DNA of 63,851 nucleotides, the filler included, from Cercozoa sp. M6MM (lineage: Eukaryota; Protista; Endomyxa: Ascetosporea), in NCBI GenBank assembly GCA_040357565.1. It is 5 parts of 5 records of this genome, joined end to end, with 100 filler letters (N's around TTAATTAATTAA, not from the genome) between each part and the next. Parts side by side here need not be neighbours in the genome. Positions count along the whole stretch, not along the records: positions 1 to 20,665 come from JBDODJ010000197.1; positions 20,766 to 51,037 come from JBDODJ010000130.1; 3 more parts are not named here. The stretch is one strand, 5' to 3'. Position numbers and translations under genes: made by a program. The notes beneath the pieces are model-generated. The model saw only the letters and a list, made by a program, of their open reading frames with translations, ran no database searches and was not told where the DNA came from. Below are positions 14,162 through 25,699 of this stretch, in pieces (within the stretch, counting starts at the first letter, position 1; the number at the start of each line of letters is the position of its first letter).

Positions 14162-15880
14162 ATGCTATCTCGAGTGATACTCGTTCCTTTGCTCGCAAAC
14201 ACTGACGTTCGGCAGTTGTACCCGGTACACTGACAGTAAAGCAGAGTTCGATCGAATTCGACAGATTTATTTGCGGCATTTTAGTTTCTCGCCAGTGTCG
14301 CTAGTCACTCGCAGATTGTCGTCACACCACTGGACGCAGTGTGTGCCGGTGCGCAGGTGCTGTCGCAGTGTCATTTCGACATGTGCAGTGACATCGAGAC
14401 AGCCTCACATGTGGCGATGAAGTGCCAACGGGCAGCTGCACGACAGCTGCAACTCGAAGCACAGGAAGCAACCACGACACTTCTCGGGTCAAAGCAACAG
14501 CCACAAAATGTTCCAGTCTTTCCAACACCAGAAGCAGCGGCAGAAATTGAGGAAGTGCAACTGCCTCGAAGACGTCGACTGAAAGAACAGGTCAAACAAA
14601 AGGAAGAAGAGATGTCGATTTTACAAGAAACTGGAGGAGTTGCTGTACGTGAAGTTTCGAGTCATAAATGAGCACCAGTACTATAAACACAGTATGAAAA
14701 CATCCACTCTCTGTCTTTTGCTGACGGACAGACGCCAGGCGAGACTGCAAGACAAGAGCTTCGACGAAGAAGAGCGAAACAGCGAAAAGAAGAGCTTCGA
14801 CCAGAAGAAGAGGAGGAAATAACGGAAGAGGAAATTGCGTTGGAGCGAAGTCGGCGGACTCCAGTTCCTGGGCACACGGAACGAGAAGCCAAAACCACGG
14901 AAGAAGTGCAGCTTCGAAGGAAACGCTTGGAACGTCAGGTCGCTCTCGTCGCAGGCGAAGCTGAAACTCTAAATGATCACCGAGAGGAAGTTGTGGGACT
15001 GAGACGTTTCAGAGGCAGGCGAAACAAAGGGCGCAGAATGCCTCTACGACGACACGGAAGAATGAACCGACAGGCAAAGACTCAACGAGTCGATATGGAT
15101 CGTCACCACCGACTGAAAGAGTTCCACCGTCAGCGCAGTTATCCGCTAGAGCCGCCTCCTTCGCGGACTCTCGCAAAAGCAGCACGGCACCGTAGACATG
15201 TAAGACTGTTCAGTTTTTCCAGGTGCTCAAGCTGTTACTCTCCGTCTGGAACCGCAAGTTCAGAAAGAACAAAGAGCAGCCATGCAACGACTCGAGGAAG
15301 AAAGGCAAGTGCTCGCTGCGTTTCACGAAAAACCAGAGTCTGTGCCACTGAGCCGACATAGAGTGCGACGACCACAGTCTGTACATGTGGCACCGTCGTC
15401 ACACTCACTGCAGGTGCTCCAGCAATACAGGGAGATCCAGCAGGCTTGCTCGGCAATCACGAGATCAAACGGGCGGGTGATCACGCTTCCTTCACCGGTA
15501 TTTGCACAATACGGTCCGTTGTCTTTTATCATACTAATGTATGATATGGTAACTCTTGAATTTAGGAAAACACGGGTGCATACAAAGGACTGGTGCTTTT
15601 GGGAACGATCGAAGACGGAACAGACTTTTCGTTGCAGCGACTGCTGCCTTCAAATCAGCGAAAGCAGCTGCGCGAACTCGTTGGATCCTTCAGTTTTAAT
15701 GAGGACAAGTTCATTGCATCTGGCGGAATTTTCGCACGTCTCGTCGCCTTGTTTCTCGATGCCACAGCACCCAGACGACGCTTGCACGTCGACCCATGTC
15801 GTCAAGGGAATCCCAGGTTCGAATTCCTCAACTTTCGCTACGTCGCCGACAGGCCTTTGGTGGCCGCGAATGTACAATAG
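14162..15880 (+). CDS. Hypothetical protein with charged, coiled-coil-like centre
   Basis: Exons can be joined by GT-AG introns into a continuous frame; no recognised motif. Confidence 0.55.
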
Positions 15881-16202
15881 TTTTACTGGTACAGCTTTGA
15901 TCACTTGAAAACTCCGCCAGGCTGCCGAGTACGCTCCTGTCGCGCCCGATCTGACGAACGAACGCGTCCCGCAACTTCGGTCCTTCTTGATCTTTGGCAG
16001 AGGCTACTCGAGTCGCTGGGCACTCGCCAATCGTGTGGTGGACATTTTGCCTCTGTGTGACGAAGAATGAAATTTACACTGAGAAAGTTATTAGGATAGC
16101 AGAAAGATGATAAAAAAGTAGTCACCGGCGAAAAAACTGCATCGCCTGCGCAACACATTGTCTTTATTGCGTTACAACTGTGAGCAAAGGTGTGCGCGCA
16201 CC

Positions 16203-17920
16203 ATGTCAAACCACTTTAAGCTGTTCACGCGCACCGCCGGCCTCTTTCTGGGCGGCATGGGTGAGATTGATTTTCGGTATTTTCCGGGGCAACGAGTATC
16301 GTGCTGTGTCGATGGTGTGCCGCAGGTCTCGCGGCGGCTGGCGTCGGTGCCTTCTACGTGAGTAACTCGGCTTTCTGTGTTTTTTCTTTTGCAGTTGGGT
16401 AACCGCCCTTCGGTGCTCACAGTGTGGCCCGAGAAGGCACCGCGCAATCGCTTCGAACGCGAGGGTACCTTTGCTCCACAGCAGTTTCTCGAAATCTACG
16501 ATCGCGTGGCCGAGATTTACGACAAAGAGGTGAATTTAATGAATGCCTTTTAAGTATTTTTTGTTTCCGTGCGGATTAAAAAAAAACTAGGTCCTCGCGG
16601 AGGAGCGAAAAATTGGCGCGTCCGAACTGCGTCGGCGGATGATGTCGTACGTGGGCGACAGTGACTCAGTGCTCGAGGTAGCTGCCGGTACTGGACGCAA
16701 CAACGTGCTGTACCCGGAGACAGCGAACGTGCTGCTCACGGATGCAAGTCGCGAGATGCTTCGCCTGCTTCGCAACTGTAGATTCCGACCTTGATTTTGA
16801 TCCACCTATATTTCGCTTTGTCGCTTGCTTTTACGCCGATTTCACTTGACTTGACTTGATTTCACTTGCCTGCATTCGATTTGACTGCAGTTTCACGTCT
16901 GATATGTTGCATGTGATTGCAGCGACCTTGTTCCGCAAGAATCTTCGCGTGGCACAGCTCGACGTTTCAAGTGAGGAAGCGACGCGGCAGTTTGCCGAAC
17001 GAGCGCGTAACGGCGAGTTCGACCGGCATGCCATCGTGCAGGACGACAGTGGTAGATACTGTTGGAGTAGTGTCTCAATGATGTAAGCTTGGTAAACTTG
17101 GTAGAGAGAGAACAGAGAGAGTCGCCGTTCCGTGAGTTCGACTGCGTGGTGTCGAGTTTCCTGCTGTGCTCGGTGGCCAATCCGCAGCAAGCACTCGACA
17201 ACGCCGTGTCGCTTTGCAGACCGGGTGGTCGACTGCTCTTTTTGGAGCACGGTCGCAGCGGCAGCGCCTGGTCGCTCGTGCGCTCCGTGCTGGACCAGAT
17301 CCTCGATCGACGTGCCGTTGCACACGCGCGTCAGTGGGGCTGCTGTACCCTCCTTCTCTTCTGTCTATCTGTGTATCTATTCATCTTTCTATCTATCTAT
17401 CTGTCTATCTATTTATCTGTCTGTCTATCTATCTATCTGTCTGTCTCCTCTGTCTATCTGCCTATCTATATATGTATATATATATATATATATCCATATA
17501 ACTATCTACATATGTATCTATGTACACGTATACATATCTAATATACATCTATTATATATATCTAATATATAAATATGTATCTATGTGTGTGTGTATCATT
17601 CTATCTCTATGCCGTTTGGTGTATTTGTCAATGTGCATGTCTGTGAGGACACAGGGTTCAACAGGGACGTCGCCGACCTTCTGCGCAAGCACCCGCAACT
17701 CAGAGTCGACGAGTACCAGCAGTGCTGGTTTGGCCATGTGCACATGGTACGACGGCACTGCCCACCCTCCCCCTCCTGTGTGTCTCTGTTGAAGTGCTGT
17801 GTCTTGTGTCTGGCCTCTGCACAGGTCGTCGCCACCAAGGTAGACCCGTCGGCTAGCCACTCCGCCTCCCGCGCGGAGCCGGTTGAACCAACTAAGAATG
17901 TAGATAACGTAACTGAGTAA
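16203..17920 (+). CDS. Class I SAM methyltransferase (OMS1/METTL7-like), probably mitochondrial
   Basis: Motifs VLEVAAGTGRN, TDASREML, FDCVVSSFLLCSV, RPGGRLLFLEHGRS and WGCWFNRD; basic N-terminus followed by a hydrophobic stretch. Confidence 0.85.
17363..17610. repeat. (TCTA)n/(TA)n microsatellite in intron
   Basis: Visible simple repeats. Confidence 0.9.
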
Positions 17921-18358
17921 CGTCAGTTTCCGCACGGTATCCTAACCTAGAGCGATCAAAACTCGACTGAAAAACTGATGTTTCCTCGGCATGCACGCAC
18001 GGCAATCGAATTATGTTTTGCCATGTCGGCAATTCTTGGCCCCCGGCCTGTGACCCATGGCCCTCAGAGCTGGTGTGGGGGAACTACATATTGTACTACT
18101 GACTGAAGGTGAACGTTGACCGACGGCGAAATTCGTCGCGTTTTGCTTTCGACCCAGTCGGGTACCGTAAAACTGAGTTTGAAGCTTTGCGCTCGGTCAG
18201 CGCAGTTCAGTTTTGAAGCGGAGCTTGGACACGGACTTTCGTTTTTCGCACGAGTCACTGCTGCACCTAGCGTCGGCACGTGCTCGGCCGTCCTGACGCT
18301 GGATTTGGGAATTTACGTGCCTGTGTAGGTATCTAAGGCCACTTTTGACTCTCCTGTG

Positions 18359-20665
18359 ATGCTAGCGGGAGCCTCGTCGCCCCAGAGACACGAGTCACGA
18401 GTCTCTCGTCGCACTTCGTCGCTTTATCGTATTTTTTACTGCCTTTGAGCAGTTTCAGGAACTCAAAATGCCCAGTTTCTTCGCGTGAATTTTAGTGCTT
18501 CGATCAACGTTGGAACCGACGCCAGAGAATCGCTTTAAGCAAAGCGTGTGGCGTCGCTTCTGCGACGCGGTGCTGTTTAAGTGGCATCTTCGATACATTT
18601 TGCAGCTGCATGCAATAACACTTATCAGTTTTATCGTCATCGTTGCTCTGAACGCCCTCCTTGCTTTCGCTTCGCTACTGTCCGACGAAGCATTGCGGCA
18701 TCGTTTGTCGAATGGAAGGAGCGATTTCTGGGTTCTCACGGTGCTGTAACTTTTGTGTGACTAACTTTGGTGAACATGAATAGTTTACAGGCCACGATGA
18801 CGTCAGGTTGTCTCGCTGTGATGACCTTAGGTACAGCTTACGATGACATCAAGCGTCTCATAAAGGATGCTAGCGACTCACGCAAAACGCACTTTCTCCT
18901 CTTGTACAAACAACCTTTTTCATTGCCTTTCCTCAAATCCATCTGCACCAGATGGCAGCTCACGTGCGCGCGAAACGCAGGCCGATTGGCAGACCATGCA
19001 TTCCAGAGGTGCCGACGGCGACGCCGAAGCGAAGAAGCGCACCCCCTCGAAGAAGAAGAAGAAGAGGAGGAGGAGGAGGAAGAGCCAAGCAGCTTTGTGT
19101 CCGCGTGGCTGTTCAGCGACACTGTAGCCCACGACTGCGCAACTCTGGCCCTCTTTGTCGCACCAGTGGTTGGCTCCTTCCCTCCGTTTCTTTCGTTCTT
19201 TATCACAATGAAAATGCTGTCTTGGACATGCACAGCTCACGGCGATCCCGGTCTTTGTGATCACTCGACACATGCCAAAAGTGTACACGGCGGCTTGGTT
19301 GGCCAGTGTTGCGACGTCGGTAGCGTTCTTCTTTCTCCCGTGGCTGCTCCAGCGCTTGACTGATCGCATACGGACGCCTCACAAGCTGCGCTGGATTTTT
19401 CGGCCTTTTCTTCCGATGCCGACAGACTTAAGCGAGACCAACCAGTCCATTGAGATGGTTGTGGCGACTTCAAATACACTCGAGAGTGCCGCTACCGCCG
19501 ACGCAACTGAGACTGAAGTGAGTACCTCTGCCAATGAGGAAGCGCCCGAAGACGCAATGTTCCTTCGTCCACCTCGACGAGTTGTCATTCGTTCGCGAGT
19601 CGCGTGCGGTATCCCAGTTTTGTCTTGTGCCTTGACGTTCGAGCATGTGTCCTTGATACAGGCATCGCTACTTTGTTCGTGCCCCTCGTTGTGTTGTCTC
19701 TGGCAACACACTGGTAATACACTTGCAGTAGTTCATTATACGAACATCAGTTTTGATGATCTTTCCCGCAGGTGGCTTGCCTCATGGTTGCACGCACTCA
19801 GTGTGACGTTACTGTACAGTAAGAACGTTCACGTCTTGACTTTGGCGTGTATCTAGCTGAAAGTATGTCCTGTAGTTTGGAGCACGACTGCTTTGGCACG
19901 CGAATTGCAGCTGTACATCTTGCAGACTCCGGGTATTCAATACAGTTGAATAACTGAAACTGTATATTTAAGTTTATATGTTCAACTGGCTACAGCCCAA
20001 GAGAAGGTGTGCGGTTTTCGGCACGCAGCTTTCATGCTGGCAGCCTGCGTGTGCTTCATCTTTTTCATCGCACTGGCGATTCCGCCCGAGAACAGTCGTC
20101 GTCAAGAGACTGACGAAGACAGTACTCAGCTGAAGATGCCGTCGGAGCCGCACTTTGACTACCTGAAGGGCACCTTTCCCGGTCACAGTTTCTGCCAGTT
20201 GAGGTGAAACAGCTTGTGGGCTCATAACTTGTAGTACCGGTTGGTTCCTCCGAATTGTAATCCTTAGATGGAACAAACTGAGTGCGGCCGAAATGGCACT
20301 CCTGTCGGTGCTGAGTTACGGCGATCGAGGTGCAAGGAGGCACGTGCACAGTTCCAAACGTTTCGGCAGCAGCATTAATTTGTGGATGCCGAACTGTGAG
20401 CAAGAGTTCAGTCAGGCCACTTCGCCGATCAAGACACGAATGCGCTGGACTGAGTACTTTCTACAGTTTGCATTTTATTACCATCAGTATAAACATGTGT
20501 ATGACACTGACTTCAGGTACACGTGTCACCACCCGGACGAAACCGCCACATTGACCGTCGTTGCTGTACCAGGGACAAGCAACGCCAAAACCATGCTGCA
20601 CAATGTCGTCACTTTCGGCGACGTTGCACTCCTGCAACTGAACCCACTGCTATATGTACTTCCGT
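18359..20665 (+). CDS. Multi-pass membrane protein with start of a lipase class 3-like domain (cut by contig end)
   Basis: Several hydrophobic helices, then CQLRW..LSAAEMALLSVLSY and VVAVPGTS..LHNVVTFGDVALLQ, resembling the lipase_3 VVAxRGT region. The GHSLG nucleophile is not reached. Confidence 0.5.
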
Positions 20666-20765
20666 NNNNNNNNNNNNNNNNNNNNNNNNNNNNNNNNNNN
20701 NNNNNNNNNTTAATTAATTAANNNNNNNNNNNNNNNNNNNNNNNNNNNNNNNNNNNNNNNNNNNN
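20666..20765. other. Artificial contig linker (N..TTAATTAATTAA..N)
   Basis: Identical all-frame-stop linker also at 51038, 56613 and 59984. Confidence 0.95.
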
Positions 20766-20884
20766 AAAAAAAGGAAAAAAAGGAAAAAAAGGAAAAAAAG
20801 GAAAAAAAGGAAAAAAGGAAAAAAGGAAAAAAGGAAAAAAGGAAAAAAAGGAACCAAAAAAGGGAGGTGCAAAAGACAACACAT

Positions 20885-21206
20885 ACAACAAGTCGTGCCC
20901 CTGTTCAACCTGCTTCGGTGACAAAACGTTGGCGAGCACGGCGTAGCCCTTTGGACAACAAAGACCAAATTTAAGCCTCCGCCGACACACAGCAAACTCG
21001 CTACCTTCTGCTTCAGGTAGGCCACTCCCTCGGCCAACTGAGTCGGTTCGTTCGCGTCGAAACGCGGCACACTGCGAGATCCGGTTGTCTCAAACTCACA
21101 TGACACCGAAACAAGAATAAACAATGGAATACTCCGGACACGTGACTTCTGTCCATTCCCGCTCGTCTTTGATCACTGGTGCAGGACTCGACTCTGACGC
21201 ACCCAT
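20885..21206 (-). CDS. PhyH-like 2OG-Fe(II) dioxygenase, 5' part
   Basis: MGASES (myristoylation-type start) and GVAYLKQK|GYAVLANVLSPKQVEQGHDLL, typical of the PhyH N-terminal motif. Cut by contig end. Confidence 0.55.
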
Positions 21207-21545
21207 GCTTGTCTTGTGCGCTCAGTACAATATACGCACACAGTGGCGCACGTTAACGTCTCCGAACAGCAAAAATCTTGGACTTGATCAGGCACATTCC
21301 GGCAAGGGTTTCTGTTTATTAGACGTTTGCCTTGCCACTCTCACTGTGCAAAGTGTGTGCATATCAAATGGCGAGAAAACCGATAAAAGAGGTTTGCCTG
21401 GTTAAACGAGCGTTTTTTGATCAAATGACGTTTTTCAGTTCGGAGATGCGCAATGTGCAGTAGCCTTGAAGTGCCTTTCGCTGCCGACTCTTATATAAGG
21501 GTAAGGTAAAAGAGCGAAGGGGTTTAAGTCAAGCATTGTTACGTC

Positions 21546-23887
21546 ATGGAACCTGGAAAACGGGTCACATTCGCTGCCGATCAAGGTACCACACCGTCGC
21601 TCCAGACGCTACTTCGACTGGAAAAGCAGCAACAACACTCGCGCCGTTGCAATCGACAGTTTCTCTCGCTGACTGCAGCATCGCTCGTCGTTCTTGTTGC
21701 GACTTTCTTTTTGGCATTTTCCCCTTTTCCCCTTTTCAGTACTGNNNNNNNNNNNNNNNNNNNNNNNNNNNNNNNNNNNNNNNNNNNNNNNNNNNNNNNN
21801 NNNNNNNNNNNNNNNNNNNNNNNNNNNNNNNNNNNNNNNNNNNNAACGGTGGTGTTCCGCTCCGCTTTTTCTAGCATGTGACCCCGAAACAGAGTCCCCA
21901 GGAAGGCACCGACGTGTCTCCTGTGTGGTATTGCACTATGGCACCCATCGTCGTACTTCCTTTACGGGTTCTTGCAATTGGATGCAGTGACATCGAAAAT
22001 TATCTCGGCGACATTGAGCTGCCTGGATTGCATGTGCTTTGCTTGCGCGGCACGCACGGTACTTGCACTGTCCGAGTTGACCTTAAAAGTACAGAAAAGT
22101 GAAGTTTGTTTTGTTCAGTGTCCGTGTGGAAGAACGCTCTGACAGCCGAGGCGAACTGGGTCGAATATGACAACGAACTGGAGCTGCGTGCACTTTTGGA
22201 GGTCCAACTCGACGTCGGAACTGAGAATCGAGACCGAACGTACGCGTTACGAAAAGTAAAAAGCTTGCTTGGAAGCTGAAACACCAATGAAAACAAATTT
22301 TCTCCTCAGGCACGAAAGGAAGTTGTGGAAGAGCCGTGGCAACTGTTTGATCGAGACGGACATTTGATTGAGACGTTTAATCAGCGAAAACACTTGTCCG
22401 AGCTGAACGATGGTTTGTACATTGTCACGGAGATCGGAGCTTTCGTTTGGCCGGGTTCGCTATCTTTTTTCTAAAATCCCAATGACTTTACCAGTGTCAA
22501 CTGAAATGAGTAGGCGTTAGAGAAGGTTTCAAGAGAGAGGTTCAACTGGAGAAGTCCACAATCGTCCTGGAGACAGTGTCGATGCAACCACTCATTCTCG
22601 TACCTCTCTATACCTTCCTTTCTTTATCTTACTGTTAACTGAAGAGATTTGTCTTCTGTATTTAATTTACTATTATGTACTGAACAGCAAGCAAGAAACT
22701 TCCTGGAAGGTCCGCGAACTGCCAAGATGCGAGATTTCGCAGCACCTCGGCTAGCAGCTGTAAATCACACAAAATAATGAAGCTGAGCTGAAAACAACTG
22801 AACTGTGTATTGAGCTGAACTTTCAGTCAGCAATCGTGCTGCAAGAAGGACAAGATGAAAGCACCGACGCGACTCAATGGCGCACCTCTTCGACAGCATG
22901 GGTCACTAGTTTTCGAAGACACATTCAACACCGTGACTGTTTGTTTTATCATTGTGAATCAACTTGCAATTGCAGGTGAAACCGCGTGAGCACATCGTGT
23001 TTGCAGAAGCAACGCGTCGCGTGGCCCAGCTCTCACGTATACCGCTTGAAAACCAAGAAGAAGTAATACTAAGTTATACCGAGAAATAAATTGAAAAGTG
23101 CCGTTTTGAATATTTTCCTTGTCGTAGGTGCAAGTGCTGCGCTACCTTCCGCCTGAAGGCAAGCGCAAGGGACAAAAGTACAGTGTACATTTCGATTTCT
23201 TCGATCCGCGCTACATGCCTGAAGTTGCTCTTTTTTTAAATTTCGTCGGGCTCAGTTTTTCCATCATGTTGACTGCATAGGGAAGTAAAGAGTACTTCAA
23301 GCGACGCAATCGCATGCTCACAGTGTTCTGGTATCTGTCCGAAGTCGACGCAGGCGGCTCCACTTGTAAAACAACATTTAGAGAAAAAACTGAAGGATCA
23401 GTTGTTCCATGAACAACGAGTGTTTTCATAGATTTTCCCTTGGCTGGTGGGAAGCCGGAGTCCTCTGTGAAGGATTACGATGTGTGGTATTAGTTGGCAC
23501 CTTCCTTTTTGCGTCTTTAGTTGAAGCTGTCATATACATTCACACATTCCAACAGTACGGGGGTCACGGTGCCTCCAGAGACGGGCAAGGTGCTCTTGTT
23601 CTACTCGCGACATGCTGACGGCAGCTTGGACTACCATTCGCTGCACGGCGGTTGCACCGTGGAAGGTACGTTTCCGAACAAAGACTGTGCTTTGCGGCTC
23701 GACTTTCCATCAATACACAATTTATTGTTGCAGGAACATCTGCTAAATGGGCTGCAAACAACTGGAGTGCCCTTTTCCTTCGCTCAGTCTTCCGTATTGT
23801 CTGTAAACGTATTACAGTTTTATTCGCTCAGTTTGGCCCAGCGCGTACAAAGGCGAGGAGAGTCAATACATTCGAACCTCAAACTGA
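21546..23887 (+). CDS. Prolyl 4-hydroxylase (type II membrane 2OG-Fe(II) oxygenase)
   Basis: N-terminal TM, then WRTSSTAW, VQVLRY, HFDFF (HxD), NRMLTVFWYLS, GGST, HGGCTV and KWAANNW. Confidence 0.9.
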
Positions 23888-24153
23888 GCCTTCTATCGCT
23901 TTCCGAGTAACTGTACTGTACTGTCGGTCAGAGTTCAGTCCCGCATACTGTGTTTTATATTTATTACCTTTACTGAGTCAACGGGTCTGACCATACGTTT
24001 CTTCGGACTTGTATCGAGTCACAGACTTTCGTTCCTATACTACATTGTCGAGCAAGCAATAGAAAGCCGCTACTCTCTGAAGACCCAGACTCTAAGTTTT
24101 CGTCCCTCAACTGGCCTCAAGTGAAACCAGACGCAAAAACTGAAACCCCAAGA

Positions 24154-25164
24154 ATGGAGACTCTGAAGCAATTCGCCCCGAACTTGAGTGCACTTTCGAC
24201 GCTCGAGCAAGAAGCCGTTTGCGAATCGCTCAAACTTTGGACCATCTTCTTTGCGGTAAACGTTGTGTTTGTTTGTATCTGTATTTTGATGTGTTCAAAT
24301 CCCACCGTGATAAATTGAATTGATATCTTAGATTCACACGGGTTTTGCTTCGGTTCGTGCGAAGCGCCTCGTGGGGCGATATGCGTCATTCTTGGCGCCG
24401 GTGTATCGAATTTTGTACCTGGGCGTGTCGATTTTTGTTCTTTATCGCATCGGCGTCGTCACTGCCAAGAGCAACTCCGACTGGCTGTTTAAAGAAGCAC
24501 CTGAGTGGTTCTTTTGGGCCCGCGTCGGTCGTATAGTTGTCTTTCGTCTGTATCTGTGTTACTGGTGTACAGCTACTGTATGTTCTCCAATGTACAGTCG
24601 GCACTGCGGCGCTCGCGAAGTTCCATGTCATTGTGCTTTTCATCTACGATGCAGGAGAGTTCTTCGGATTCACACCATTGCTGAAAAGACGAAAAGCCAT
24701 AACACCTCAAGACCCGTTCCACATTCACTTCGTGCATCGTGTAATTTTCCTGCGCAGTGTGTATGATTTACTGTATACTCCTTGCGTCACCTGACAAGTA
24801 GTTCATTCGTCACCCGATGTTTCTCACGTGCATCTGCTTTGTGCTAAGCGCCGCACGTACTCGAATTGAACTTCTCCACGCTGTCATTGCGTCTCTCTAC
24901 TGGCTGTACGCTTTCAGTTAGCATACAACTGACTTCAGTTCATATTTTATTCATACAGTATCCTCTTTCTACTTTAGGGCCGGTCCGATGCTGGAGGATC
25001 CGAAACTAGCGATGGAATTTGGACCTGCCTTTGAAGAATACCGACGTCGCGTGCCCGCCTTCCTGCCCATCCGTGGTCTCGCCCTGACCAAGGAGGAAGC
25101 CACCAAACTCAGCGCTGACATGAACGAATATCGCGAGAAGAATGCCGTCAAGAAAGCACAGTGA
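24154..25164 (+). CDS. Nurim/NnrU/ICMT-like (MddA-family) membrane protein
   Basis: FFA|IHTGFAS, YRILY, FIRHPM and LE..L..EFG..FEEYRRRVPAFLP; multiple TM segments. Confidence 0.75.
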
Positions 25165-25699
25165 CTGGACCAGACGCATAAAGCGCTTCAAAAACGAAAA
25201 CCGAAACTGAACTGAAGGCGAGAAATCGGTGTTGCCAGCTTGAAGTGTTGGTTGAATGCTGAATAAAACTGCAATGAATTGAATTCAACGGTGTCTGCGC
25301 TATCTGCGCGGGTACCCGCTACCGTACCCGTAACTTCTCTAGTACGCCGGTAACATAATAAACCTGAACTGACAGTTTACAGTGCTGTACTGTACCGCAC
25401 TGTATTTTCAGTCACCTGACCACACGCGACCCAGTATGATGCACTGGCAGTAAACTGAGCCGAGAGTACTGCACACGACAGATATGTAGCGTCGCACTCG
25501 ACTGACACGGCTTGAGTGCGTGCAGTGCCGACCGTACAATTAAAACTTGCCGGCGGCGAGCCGTGCCACTCGACTGGTGCCAGCGCTGTCAGGAGTACAG
25601 TATAGTCGCACCGCCGCGTATTGTAGATTTACTGTACGTATCGTATGGTACGAATAAATCGCGGTAATCAGCGCTGGACACAAATACAATCTGGTTATT

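Noticed and set aside
15800-15830. tRNA T-loop-like GGTTCGAATTCC
   Set aside because: No T-stem or cloverleaf; lies inside a coding exon.
20666-20765. TTAATTAATTAA flanked by Ns, four times in the window
   Set aside because: Artificial contig-joining linker; adjacency across these points is not biological, and genes cut there are not pseudogenes.
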